Shown: positions 34,178 to 42,938 of the stretch, piece after piece
How the letters are laid out: each line of letters begins with the position of its first letter
Numbering within the stretch: position 1 is the first letter of the stretch
Source: a virus
Taxonomy: Duplodnaviria; Caudoviricetes
Direction: 5' to 3' (one strand)
Virus record (IMG/VR): IMGVR_UViG_3300028585_000028
Location: 1 to 50,495 of that record
Length of the DNA stretch: 50,495 bases
Program-made: the position numbers and the translations under genes
The notes under the pieces: model-generated
Databases searched by the model: none
Told to the model about the DNA's origin: nothing
What the model saw: the letters and a program-made list of their open reading frames with translations, nothing else

Positions 34178-36522
34178 AGCACTGCCTCCAGGAATCTCTG
34201 CTTCGACGTTGGGTCGATCTGTGAACGGATCGCACCCGACATGACGGCACCCTCGACAAGCTGAGCGAACTCGCCCGGCTTCTTGTCCATCTTCGAGTAT
34301 GCCTCTTCCCACTTCACCCAGCCACCCTTGCGGATGCAGATGTCGACGAGCTGGTTCATGTCCTTCTTCCAGTACGACTCACTGACCATCGTGGATGACT
34401 TCACCATGTCGGCAGCCCATCCGTTCAGGTAGCTGATCGCCACGAGCGCGTCGTCGAGTGTCACCTTGTCACGCTTGTCCGCCATTGCCAAGAGGGTTGC
34501 GGCCTTGATCGCGGACTTGCCCATGCGGTCGAGCGCGGCCTCCAGGATCTCGGCACGCTCGTGATTGCGAACGGACTCGCCGAGATCCCAGTTGGCGTCG
34601 TTCCACCGCTTCCATGCTTCGTCGGTCCACCGGATCGAGATGGTGACACGGTCGGGGCTGAGCTTCGCCCAGTGGGTCCGCGCCAGCATGAGGTTCTTGA
34701 TCAGGGACAGGTAACCGGGGTCGCCACTGATCACTTCGTTCAGCGGTGCCTGGTCGAGCCATTCGCTCTCGCGAGTGCGGGGCGGTGCCTCGCCGATGAC
34801 GTGGATGAAGCGAGCCAGGAATCCCTTGCGGAAGTCGTCGATGGTCAGCACTTCGGTCACCTGCGAGACGATGCCCATGAAGAACAGGACGAAGTTCACT
34901 TCGGCCGACTGTGCGTTCTGCACGTCACCGCTCGCGCGCTTCTTGCCGGAGACCTCGCCGTCGTACAGCGCGGTGAGCACGTCGTTCAGGCCGGCCATGT
35001 AGTTCTTGCCCTTGACCTCACTGAACATGCCCTGCACCTCGTCACGGTGAATCAGTGACGACTGTCGCGGCTTCTCCAGGAGAGCGTTCTCCAGACCTTC
35101 CGACGTGAAGTTCGAGCCCTCGTCGTACTGATGGGTCGAGTTCTGTAGCCCCTTGATGATCTTCAGCATGAGGTTACGCGACGTCGACTTGCGAGCACGA
35201 GTCGTCTTGCCCATGACCAAGAACCACAGGTTCAGTCGCAGCTTGCCGAACTTCGGGTGAGCGTGACCGTACTCGCCAAACACGAGCGAGAGGATCGTGA
35301 AAATGCTGGCGATGTGATACACCGGCGCAGCGTCGGTCTTAGACGTTGCCCAGTCCACGTAGTCGTCGATGATCGTGTGAAGCGAGTCGACTCGTACGTG
35401 CTCCTCTTCGGTGAGCAGGTCGATCTCAAAGTCGGGCACGGCCACCGTTTGCGGCATGTCCATCGAGGGCGTGACAGCCGCGATCTCGAACGTCGAGTTC
35501 GATGCGTCGTATGTCGACGCCATGTGCGTAGTCGTGCGCATCCCGTGCGTCTGCTCCGCTTTGTAGACGTCGCGCCACAGGTCTAGGTCGGGGTTCGGCC
35601 TCGGGGTGTATCCACCCTTGCCGTCTTTCACTCCACGAGCGAACTTGTTGCAGGCAGACTGACGAGCAACGACGAACACCTCGGGGGCCGAGAAGCCCAT
35701 GCGGAACATCTCGTTCTCCAGCATGAAGAGGCGCTCATCCCAGCCGGACGATGTGCCGAAACCGGTCGGCTCCTCCGTGAACAGCTTCAGGAGATCCTGT
35801 CGGCCACCGAGCTGCGCCAGCACAGAGGTGATGTCGGGGAGGTCGGCCGGAAGCTCATCGAGCGAGACGGCTCCGACATAGGAGGAGTTCTCCGTCTTCG
35901 GGTATGCCTCTTCGAGCTGCTCGATGGTGTACGTGTGCCCGTTGTCCACCCACTCGATGCGGTGGGCTCCGCCGCCCTTGGTGTTGAGCGTGCCGGGGAT
36001 GCGAAGGATCTGCGTCGAGTCGTATCCGCCCGGGTCGGTGCCGCAGTGCTTGTGACCCTCCACCATGTCGTCGTGCATCGAGCTGTCGTGGCGGTGCGCC
36101 GCGCTGATCTCGAACCCCACGCGCTCCAGGCGCTGCGGGTCCACTTCGCCCTCGGTGATCCAGTAGTCGTGCTGATGACCGGGCGACGAGAAGACTGTGA
36201 TCGAGGGAGGCAGTCGGTAGCCACCGGTCTTCGATCCGTCCACGCCGTCGTTGTCGACGTACGCCGCGCGCTGCGCGATGCGGTCAGTGGAACGACGCGT
36301 TGCCGACTTGTAGAGCGGGACTGCGAAGTAGAGATCCTCTTCGAGTCGCAGGCTCATGTAGCGGCCGATGCGATCACGTTCGAGCGGCCAGCGGAACTCC
36401 TTCGTGTCGGACGGGTCGCCGGTGCGATTCCCCGCCTCGTCTTGTCGCTTCTGCTGGAACTGAACGTAGTGGTTGTCGTTCTGTAGGCCCCAGACGCGGT
36501 CAAGGAAATCGAGCTGCTCCAC
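34174..36522 (-). CDS. primase-helicase (RepB'/AEP-type primase plus DUF3987-like ATPase)
   Basis: YVDND, SSPGHQHDYW, LRIPGTLNTK; C-terminal LNLWFLVMG..RARKST, HRDE, GFLARF. Confidence 0.8.
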   Translation of the reverse strand: MEQLDFLDRVWGLQNDNHYVQFQQKRQDEAGNRTGDPSDTKEFRWPLERDRIGRYMSLRLEEDLYFAVPLYKSATRRSTDRIAQRAAYVDNDGVDGSKTGGYRLPPSITVFSSPGHQHDYWITEGEVDPQRLERVGFEISAAHRHDSSMHDDMVEGHKHCGTDPGGYDSTQILRIPGTLNTKGGGAHRIEWVDNGHTYTIEQLEEAYPKTENSSYVGAVSLDELPADLPDITSVLAQLGGRQDLLKLFTEEPTGFGTSSGWDERLFMLENEMFRMGFSAPEVFVVARQSACNKFARGVKDGKGGYTPRPNPDLDLWRDVYKAEQTHGMRTTTHMASTYDASNSTFEIAAVTPSMDMPQTVAVPDFEIDLLTEEEHVRVDSLHTIIDDYVDWATSKTDAAPVYHIASIFTILSLVFGEYGHAHPKFGKLRLNLWFLVMGKTTRARKSTSRNLMLKIIKGLQNSTHQYDEGSNFTSEGLENALLEKPRQSSLIHRDEVQGMFSEVKGKNYMAGLNDVLTALYDGEVSGKKRASGDVQNAQSAEVNFVLFFMGIVSQVTEVLTIDDFRKGFLARFIHVIGEAPPRTRESEWLDQAPLNEVISGDPGYLSLIKNLMLARTHWAKLSPDRVTISIRWTDEAWKRWNDANWDLGESVRNHERAEILEAALDRMGKSAIKAATLLAMADKRDKVTLDDALVAISYLNGWAADMVKSSTMVSESYWKKDMNQLVDICIRKGGWVKWEEAYSKMDKKPGEFAQLVEGAVMSGAIRSQIDPTSKQRFLEAVL

Positions 36523-36560
36523 GCCGCCTCCTCTGTGTGTGGTGGTGTTGCTGGTACGGG

Positions 36561-36598
36561 GAGAGCCCCGCGAGCATGGCTTTACCCACGGGGCTCTC
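36561..36598. terminator. long intergenic hairpin (terminator or processing site)
   Basis: GAGAGCCCCG..CGGGGCTCTC perfect 10-bp stem after the SSB gene. Confidence 0.55.
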
Positions 36599-36644
36599 TG
36601 TGCTGCTCAGCGGCGCAGCTACCGCATCTGGTGACGACCCTGGG

Positions 36645-37418
36645 TTACCAGGGGTTCTGGCCGGCCTGCTGGACCGAGCCGCCGAAGCCGCCCTGGGCGG
36701 GCGCCTGCTGCTGTCCGGGCTGGGGAGCCGGTGCGGCCGGGGCCGGGGCGAACGCCGTCTGGGCTGCCTGCTGGGGGAAGCTCTGCTGGGCCGGGGGGAA
36801 CCCCGTGACCTGGCCGGGGAACGCGGTGCCCGAGGTGAAGCCACCCTGGCCGACCTGACCGCCGCTGGCCTGGTGCTCGCCCATGATCTTGTCGATGGAC
36901 CGCTGCTTCACGTTCGTCGGGGTGAACGTCGGCATGGCCTCCTTGGCGGAGAAGTAGCCGGTGATCCGGTTCGACGAGAGCATCCGGGGGCTGCCGTCCT
37001 GCTCGTAGTTGGGCTCGCCACCCTTCTTCTTCGACCAGAACATCTCTTCCTCGACGCGGATGAAGACGCGCTGGCCGACGAGCTCCTCCTTCGAGGGGAG
37101 CGCCACCCAGCGACCACCCTTGCCGTCGGGGTTCTTCTGGTAGTACTGGTCGATCGTGCCGAGCGCGGTGGCGATGTCGTAGATGCGGAAGATGGTCTTC
37201 TGCACGAGGCCGACGAACGCGTCACGGACGTCGACACCGTCGAAGGGTCCGCCGTCGATGCGCACCTTCAGGTCGTAGAACGGACCGTCCTTGTTTTCCT
37301 TCAGCTCGCAGTCGAAGATCGTGCCGGGGTAGATCCCGTCGGTGACCTGCGTGTGGTTGTTCTCGTTGGCGGTCCAGTCGGTGTCGCCGAACTGGCCGGG
37401 AAGTGTGAGGGGTGCCAT
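36645..37418 (-). CDS. single-stranded DNA-binding protein (DUF669-like)
   Basis: DGIYPGTIFDCE OB-fold start; Q/P/A/G-rich tail ending NPW; synteny. Confidence 0.7.
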   Translation of the reverse strand: MAPLTLPGQFGDTDWTANENNHTQVTDGIYPGTIFDCELKENKDGPFYDLKVRIDGGPFDGVDVRDAFVGLVQKTIFRIYDIATALGTIDQYYQKNPDGKGGRWVALPSKEELVGQRVFIRVEEEMFWSKKKGGEPNYEQDGSPRMLSSNRITGYFSAKEAMPTFTPTNVKQRSIDKIMGEHQASGGQVGQGGFTSGTAFPGQVTGFPPAQQSFPQQAAQTAFAPAPAAPAPQPGQQQAPAQGGFGGSVQQAGQNPW

Positions 37419-37427
37419 GTTGTTCTC

Positions 37428-38261
37428 CTAGTTGCTCTGTGCGGTGGTGGGGATTCCGGCTTCGATCAGCTCGAAGATGCCGGGGATGGTGGGGTTGTCG
37501 ATGGACGACGGCAGGAACGACTCGTACCGGTTACCCGTGACGTTGCCCTCCTGCTGGCCGACCTGCAGCGTGCGGACGCTCTGGCCGGTGTTCGGGTCGG
37601 TCTTCACGGTGAGGTGGCCGATGATGTCGAAGACCTGGCCGAGGCTCTTGACCGATCCACCCTGGAGGCCGAAGTTGGTCATCCACTGAGCGGTGCGGTC
37701 GTTCTTCTCGGTCGTCTCGTGGATCAGGAAGATGACGAGGAAGGGCGCGTTGTGCAGCTTCCATGCCGTCTTCTCGGTCCAGTCGCCGACGTCGCCCCAC
37801 GCCTTCTGCGTGTTCGACGCGCCGACCGCGAGCATGTGATCGCGGGCGTTCTTCTGCATCTTGTCGTAGGTGTCCACGATGACCACGCCGTAGTTGTGCG
37901 GCACGGTGAGCAGTTCGTTGACGACCTGCTCGAACGCGATGTGGTTCGCGATCGGCACCTGATCGACGTTCGGGTAGGCCGACGCGATCGAGGCCGTGCC
38001 AGACTCGGCTTCGAGGATGAGGACGCCCTTGCCGGCAGCGCGGAGGCCCGCGATCTCGTAGGCCGATGCGGCGAGCGTGGTCTTGCCCGCCTTCGGCTTG
38101 CCGACGATGCAGATGCTCTTCGGCCGAGTCATGGTCGACACCGGCTTGATCCACTGCTGGAATGAGAGTGCGCCCGGCATGGGCGGCGCGGGCGCCTGCT
38201 GCTGCGGGGCGACGGGTGGTGCCTGCTCGGGCTGCGGCTGAACCGCGGGCTCGTCAGGCAC
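37428..38261 (-). CDS. AAA ATPase (Sak4/AAA_24-like recombination protein)
   Basis: Walker A GKPKAGKTTLA, EAESGT, Walker B VVIVDT. Confidence 0.85.
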   Translation of the reverse strand: MPDEPAVQPQPEQAPPVAPQQQAPAPPMPGALSFQQWIKPVSTMTRPKSICIVGKPKAGKTTLAASAYEIAGLRAAGKGVLILEAESGTASIASAYPNVDQVPIANHIAFEQVVNELLTVPHNYGVVIVDTYDKMQKNARDHMLAVGASNTQKAWGDVGDWTEKTAWKLHNAPFLVIFLIHETTEKNDRTAQWMTNFGLQGGSVKSLGQVFDIIGHLTVKTDPNTGQSVRTLQVGQQEGNVTGNRYESFLPSSIDNPTIPGIFELIEAGIPTTAQSN

Positions 38262-38421
38262 GGGCGGTGTCGTTCTCGACGATGTCCGTGACCTGATGCG
38301 TGGTCAGGGCGGGCTCGCCGTGGTGGTCGACGAACTCCTTGTTGGCGGCGACGGGGCTCGCGGCCTCGATGACCTCGGACTGACCGGAGCGACCGGTCAC
38401 TTTGAAACGCTTCGCGGGCAT
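38254..38421 (-). CDS. small hypothetical protein (55 aa)
   Basis: ACCACACAC leader plus RBS. Confidence 0.65.
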   Translation of the reverse strand: MPAKRFKVTGRSGQSEVIEAASPVAANKEFVDHHGEPALTTHQVTDIVENDTARA

Positions 38422-38450
38422 GGTTGCCCCCTTCTCTTGTGTGTGGTAAG

Positions 38451-39155
38451 TCACCCGAAAAATCCGGGGTGGCAGGTGTTGCAGGAGGAGTCCGACGGCA
38501 GCTCGTGGTGCCTGCCAAGCTGAACCCACTGGTAGACGCTCGTGACCCTGTCGATGATCTGCTGGGCAAGATCGGGGTTGTACTCCCACTCGTAGCCCCA
38601 CAGATCGTCGACCCCGAAGGCGTCCCGTGGAATGAAGACTAGCACGCCCGTGGACCTATCGTAACCACTCAGGCGGGCTCCGTGGAGGTACATCGTGAGC
38701 TGCCCGAGGTAGCTGGGCGGTGGCCCCTGGATCTTGTAGACCTTCACCTTCTTCTTCGACGTCGACTTCCAGTCGCCAATCACCTCCTTCGTGATGACGT
38801 CGAGGCTGCCGTAGATGTCGCCGTAGCCGGGGATCGTGCAAATGAAGACCTTCAGCTCGAAGACTGCTCCGCTATCGGGGCCGAACATCTCCATCGCCAT
38901 GTCGTTCTTGCCGGGGATCGGCCGCATGACGACGGTCGCGAGCTTCTCGATCAGCGTGTGCATCGCTGTCCCCAGCCAGGGAAACATGCTGAACTCGCGC
39001 TCCGGCTGATCGCCGGCCATCTTCCGACCGAGACACTTCAGGCACGGGTCCGCCATGTCGGACGGGCCGATGGTGCGCTGCTGATCTCGCGCCGTCTCGG
39101 TGACGATCAGCTCACGAGCGGCTCGCATGAACCGCTCGAAGTCGAGGCTGCCCAT
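38451..39155 (-). CDS. Cas4-like PD-(D/E)xK exonuclease
   Basis: IGPSDM..C..C, GTAMH, GSLD...DWKS, QLTMY, C-terminal CxxC. Confidence 0.85.
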   Translation of the reverse strand: MGSLDFERFMRAARELIVTETARDQQRTIGPSDMADPCLKCLGRKMAGDQPEREFSMFPWLGTAMHTLIEKLATVVMRPIPGKNDMAMEMFGPDSGAVFELKVFICTIPGYGDIYGSLDVITKEVIGDWKSTSKKKVKVYKIQGPPPSYLGQLTMYLHGARLSGYDRSTGVLVFIPRDAFGVDDLWGYEWEYNPDLAQQIIDRVTSVYQWVQLGRHHELPSDSSCNTCHPGFFG

Positions 39156-39493
39156 TAGAGCTGGGACGCTTGCTTCAGCGTCTCCGCCACGGCCCACCGG
39201 AGCGAGTCGACACCCTGCGGCAGCGCACCGAGCTTGACCAGCGCCTCCTGCACGCCGGGCAGCACCTGGTCGACCGTCGGCCCAGTCGGCAGCGGGTGTC
39301 GCTCTTCGGTGACCGTGACCATCGTCACGCTCTTGACGACGGCCTGCGGCTGGTAGGCAGGATCGCGCAGCTCTTGCAGGCTGGCGACGAAGTCGTACGC
39401 CTCGTCGGCCGTCGGGAAGGTGGTCTCGATGTCGGTGGGGATGCACTCGATGCGCCACACCTCGACTTCTGAAATCAGGTTAGGCGTTGCCAT
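39155..39493 (-). CDS. hypothetical protein
   Basis: 112-aa ORF; TAATG coupling. Confidence 0.75.
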   Translation of the reverse strand: MATPNLISEVEVWRIECIPTDIETTFPTADEAYDFVASLQELRDPAYQPQAVVKSVTMVTVTEERHPLPTGPTVDQVLPGVQEALVKLGALPQGVDSLRWAVAETLKQASQL

Positions 39494-39803
39494 GCATGTC
39501 CTCGATTCTGGCGATCAGATTGTTGATCGCAACTCGTTGTGCGGTGACCCTACCAGGGACGAACATCTCGCCGTAGAAGGATGCTCCCGCGAATTGGTTC
39601 TTGCCGTCGAACGTGACCGTGCCGACCTTCATGTTGTTCGCATCCCGCAGCTCGAACGTCTGGCCGGTGAACTCGTGGTTACCCAGCATCGTGACGCCCG
39701 TGCCATCGAGCGCATCCCAGACCTGATCGTAACCGGACGGCTTGCGGACTGCCCCGCGGCTGTTCTTCCGCGAGTGATCGTACTCTCTCCCGTCTGTGCT
39801 CAC
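39480..39803 (-). CDS. hypothetical protein
   Basis: GTGA overlap; 107 aa. Confidence 0.65.
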   Translation of the reverse strand: MSTDGREYDHSRKNSRGAVRKPSGYDQVWDALDGTGVTMLGNHEFTGQTFELRDANNMKVGTVTFDGKNQFAGASFYGEMFVPGRVTAQRVAINNLIARIEDMHGNA

Positions 39804-40444
39804 GCGTCCACCGCCGCCTGCTGGATGCTCGGGAAGGGCTGAAGGGCAGGGGCCGGCTTTGGCTCGGGCTTCGGCTTGACCTCGCGCGGGCGGGTGGGAG
39901 CCTTCTTCGGGGCCGGCTTCTTGACGGGCGCCGGGCGCACCGCCTCCACGACGGCAGGCTCGGCCTCGACCACGGGCGCAGCGCGCAGCGGCTTCACGAT
40001 GAGGTCCGTCAGCACAGAGGCTGCGAGGTAGACGGCCCACGGCATGATCCCGGCGAACCCGATGCCACCCCAGAACGCGAGCGGGTCGGGGTTGGCGAGC
40101 GCGGCGACGTGCACGATGTTGCCTGCGCTGCTGATCGCGGTGAAGACGATGGTCCCGAGGATGGCCTTCTTCACCTTGGCCTTCTTCCGCTCGTCGTAGC
40201 GCAGGATCACCTCGGCCGTCTTGTAGACGATGATCGCGAGGTCGACGGCGAGTGGGAGCGCCCAGTACAGGTAGGGCGGGAGCCCCAACCAGGGCGCGAC
40301 GGCGTAGAGCCCGCTGAAGGAGACGATCGACGCGAACACGAACAGGCCGAACACTGCGCCGGTGACAGCGTAGAGAAGCCATGGCGCTCCGGCGCTGACG
40401 CGAGCCCCGGCTTGCGTCTTAGGGGATCTCGGGGACGTGCTCAT
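39800..40444 (-). CDS. DUF2637-like membrane protein with Pro/Lys-rich tail
   Basis: VSFSGL..LPLAVD..SSAGNIVH; 4 TM. Confidence 0.75.
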   Translation of the reverse strand: MSTSPRSPKTQAGARVSAGAPWLLYAVTGAVFGLFVFASIVSFSGLYAVAPWLGLPPYLYWALPLAVDLAIIVYKTAEVILRYDERKKAKVKKAILGTIVFTAISSAGNIVHVAALANPDPLAFWGGIGFAGIMPWAVYLAASVLTDLIVKPLRAAPVVEAEPAVVEAVRPAPVKKPAPKKAPTRPREVKPKPEPKPAPALQPFPSIQQAAVDA

Positions 40445-40796
40445 GTTCTCTCCTGAACTCTTCGACGGTGGCCGGCATGGGCATCGGCCCGATGAAGACG
40501 CTACCGTCCTCGGTGTCTGCGACCTCGCGCTCTTTCGGCTTGCCCGGCATCGAGTGCTTCTCGCACGGGCGTTGGCCGAAGCCGTAGCCGTCGTTCCGGC
40601 AGTACGGGTCGGTCGAGATCATCCCGGTGAGGTAGTCCTGGGGGCACGAGCAGCAAAAGCAGTTCGTGCGCTCGAACGTGGACGGGAACGCGTGCACGAG
40701 TCGGCTCTCGATGCCCTGGGGCGTGGTGACGACCTCCGTCCACGTGACCGACCCGTCTTCGTGGCCGACAGCGTCGATCTTCTTGACGCGGTTCAC
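40419..40796 (-). CDS. Cys-rich hypothetical protein
   Basis: CFCCSC...DPYCRN...PCEKH. Confidence 0.7.
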   Translation of the reverse strand: MNRVKKIDAVGHEDGSVTWTEVVTTPQGIESRLVHAFPSTFERTNCFCCSCPQDYLTGMISTDPYCRNDGYGFGQRPCEKHSMPGKPKEREVADTEDGSVFIGPMPMPATVEEFRREHEHVPEIP

Positions 40797-41053
40797 TCGA
40801 TGATCTCCCAGCCCTCGTCGGTGCGCTGGATCTTGTCGCCGGGCTTCAGCGTGAGCGCGTTGGTGATCGTGTCGAGATCGAGCCAGGATGAGCCCTCGCC
40901 GAACATGGTGTCGGCTTCCTCGTGTCGGATCTTGCCGGTCGCGTACCTCCTGCGCAAGCTCAGCACTTCCTGGTCTTTTGCATCCACCTCGTCGACCAGC
41001 TTCTCTGCGCTAGCCTCGGTGCCGGTCCATTTCAGAAACGTGGGGTCATCCAT
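40793..41053 (-). CDS. hypothetical protein
   Basis: AGGAGG RBS; 86 aa. Confidence 0.7.
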   Translation of the reverse strand: MDDPTFLKWTGTEASAEKLVDEVDAKDQEVLSLRRRYATGKIRHEEADTMFGEGSSWLDLDTITNALTLKPGDKIQRTDEGWEIIE

Positions 41054-41265
41054 TAGTCCTCCTGAGTGATGAAGTTGCAGTAGTAGTCGCCGAGACCATT
41101 CTCCAGATACCGGCCACCCTTGTCTTCGCAGAGCTGCTTTAGCGCCGCCTGCTTGACGATGTTCTCTTCCGTCTCTTCGCCGCATCCAGAAACGAACACG
41201 ATAATGAACGCCACGACGACCGCTGCCGAAAAAAATCGACGGCGGATCTTCCCACGCGGGCTCAT
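41053..41265 (-). CDS. small lipoprotein
   Basis: Basic N-terminus, hydrophobic core, lipobox VSGC. Confidence 0.6.
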   Translation of the reverse strand: MSPRGKIRRRFFSAAVVVAFIIVFVSGCGEETEENIVKQAALKQLCEDKGGRYLENGLGDYYCNFITQED

Positions 41266-41369
41266 CTCCAGCTCGCAATCGGAACGTCGGGCGCGGCAAG
41301 CGCGAGCGCCGTCACGAAGATCGCGATAGCGACGCCGACGATGACGGCGTCCCAGTCGTCCTCGTTCAT
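41262..41369 (-). CDS. small membrane peptide (35 aa)
   Basis: ATGA overlaps; AVIVGVAIAIFVTALALA. Confidence 0.55.
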   Translation of the reverse strand: MNEDDWDAVIVGVAIAIFVTALALAAPDVPIASWR

Positions 41370-41788
41370 GAAGTAATCTTCCGGTTTGCGACGTCGAGGA
41401 TAACGGACATCGCGAGTGAGGTGGGCGTGTCGGCCCTGTTCTTCTGAAGCGCCGCGCGCACCTGCGCCTCGGTGATCGGCTCGGGGGCGACCGTCGGCGG
41501 CGTCGTCTCCCACTCGCCCATGAGGTCGCGCGCCTCTTCGTCGGTGTACCGGTCGCCATGCTCGTCGACCCAGTGACGGCGCGGACCACCGCCGAGGGTA
41601 AGCCGAAACATCGTGCGCGGCTGATCGCGACCGCCGTAGATGGTCGTCCCGGGCTCGGTCGGCAGGGGCGGGGGCGGCGGGGTGGTGAGGCCGTCGGGCA
41701 ACAGCGGGCCTAGCACCTTTGCCGCCGACGGGTACCAGTCGTTCACGCGCTGCCACGCTTCGCGCTGCTCGTCGGTGAACTCGCTCAC
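41366..41788 (-). CDS. hypothetical protein
   Basis: 140 aa; LPTEPGT motif. Confidence 0.75.
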   Translation of the reverse strand: MSEFTDEQREAWQRVNDWYPSAAKVLGPLLPDGLTTPPPPPLPTEPGTTIYGGRDQPRTMFRLTLGGGPRRHWVDEHGDRYTDEEARDLMGEWETTPPTVAPEPITEAQVRAALQKNRADTPTSLAMSVILDVANRKITS

Positions 41789-42087
41789 AGCCCGGCCTTC
41801 TTCGAGATCTCGGTGATGACGCCACGGTCGCTCGGGGAGAGCTGGACCAGTCGCTCCTGCGTCTCCACCTTCTTCTTCATCGCGTACCGCGCCGACTGGA
41901 TGAGCTGCTCCGCGATTCGCATCGCCTCGTCGGGCGTCACGCGGGCGACAGCGCCGGGGCGGTTCTTCAGCCAGTCGATGCCGAAGGTGATGTCGACCAT
42001 GCCGGGGACATCTTCGCGACGTCGGGTGCGCTCGTCGAAGTTCTCGGACGTCTTCGCGTTCATGAACGTGATGCTCTTGTCGGCCAT
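41785..42087 (-). CDS. hypothetical protein
   Basis: 100 aa; GAGGAGG RBS. Confidence 0.8.
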   Translation of the reverse strand: MADKSITFMNAKTSENFDERTRRREDVPGMVDITFGIDWLKNRPGAVARVTPDEAMRIAEQLIQSARYAMKKKVETQERLVQLSPSDRGVITEISKKAGL

Positions 42088-42111
42088 GATGCCTCCTCTG
42101 TTTGTGTGGTG

Positions 42112-42191
42112 TGGGCCGGGCGGGAGTCGAACCCGCGTCCTCTGCCTGTGTTGCGGCGCGCTCCAGTGCTCTACCTCTGAGCTACCGGCCC
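42112..42191 (-). ncRNA. tRNA-like RNA with perfect acceptor, D and T arms but no canonical anticodon arm
   Basis: GGGCCGG TA GCTC-AGAGGTA-GAGC A [25 nt irregular] AGGAC GCGGG-TTCGACT-CCCGC CCGGCCC A. Confidence 0.8.
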
Positions 42192-42278
42192 GTTTGGCGG
42201 GGCACCCGTTCCACGGGGTGCCCCTTGCTCGTTCGAGTGCGAGTCGTCAGACATAGGTGCACTATCGGAGAGCCAAAC
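42192..42278 (-). ncRNA. multi-stem RNA element abutting the tRNA-like RNA
   Basis: 7-bp closing stem GTTTGGC/GCCAAAC with a stacked 9-bp hairpin GGGGCACCC/GGGTGCCCC. Confidence 0.45.
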
Positions 42279-42304
42279 CGTCTACCCGCGATGACGCGGA
42301 GAGC

Positions 42305-42871
42305 TTACTTGAACGTGACCTTGCGGTTGCCCTCGTCGTAGAACGCCGACGCGGCGTCCTCGCCGAGGATGCGCTTGATCGCGGGGCGGTCCGGCGTGAT
42401 CTTGTAGAGGTCGCGGTTCGGGTACACGACCTCCTCACGCACGACGTCGTTGCCGGCCGTGGTCTGGCCGACGACCTTCCTCGTCTCGGAGTAGTCGTAA
42501 GGCTTCTCGACCAGGAACTTCGCCTCGTTGAACTGCGGGTTGCGGCCGATGAGGATCTTGCCGCCGTCGCCACCCTTGCCGGCCGCGTTCTGGCCGTAGT
42601 CCAGGGCGCGGGCGCGCTCCGTGAGCTTCGCGAGGCGGGCCTCGATGTCCTCCTTCGTGGCCTTCAGGAGGACGGCCTCGTCGCGGATCGAGTCGATCTC
42701 GTCCTGCGTCAGCTCGACGGCCTCCGTCTGCTCGCCGCCCTGCGCCGCGATCTGCTCGTCGATCTTCAGCTCGGCCGGGAGCTGGAGCCCCAGGTCGACG
42801 CCGGTGGCCTCGAAGCCGAACTCCTTCAGCGCGTCGAGGTTGTCGTTGGTGATGGTCTTCGTGTCAGCCAT
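42305..42871 (-). CDS. hypothetical protein (coiled coil)
   Basis: 188 aa; AAGGAGG RBS; very high GC3. Confidence 0.85.
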   Translation of the reverse strand: MADTKTITNDNLDALKEFGFEATGVDLGLQLPAELKIDEQIAAQGGEQTEAVELTQDEIDSIRDEAVLLKATKEDIEARLAKLTERARALDYGQNAAGKGGDGGKILIGRNPQFNEAKFLVEKPYDYSETRKVVGQTTAGNDVVREEVVYPNRDLYKITPDRPAIKRILGEDAASAFYDEGNRKVTFK

Positions 42872-42910
42872 GGTGGCCTCCTTTTGTTGGTGTGCCGGTG
42901 TGGTAGGGCA

Positions 42911-42938
42911 AGATTAGCCTACCGGGATGGAATGTCAA
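42911..42938 (-). promoter_or_regulatory. SigA-type promoter TTGACA-N16-TAATCT
   Basis: Consensus -35 and -10 on the minus strand; CCCTACCA lies 2 nt downstream. Confidence 0.75.

Noticed and set aside
36300-38165. 621-aa plus-strand ORF (also the 522-aa ORF at 42257-43825)
   Set aside because: Shadows of the SSB/ATPase and helicase genes on the opposite strand
38451-39155. Cas4-like gene as evidence of CRISPR
   Set aside because: Stand-alone Cas4-like exonucleases are common phage recombination genes; no repeat-spacer array or other cas genes seen
42112-42191. Assigning an amino acid or anticodon, or treating it as an attP site
   Set aside because: No canonical anticodon stem-loop can be drawn, and no integrase was recognised in the window
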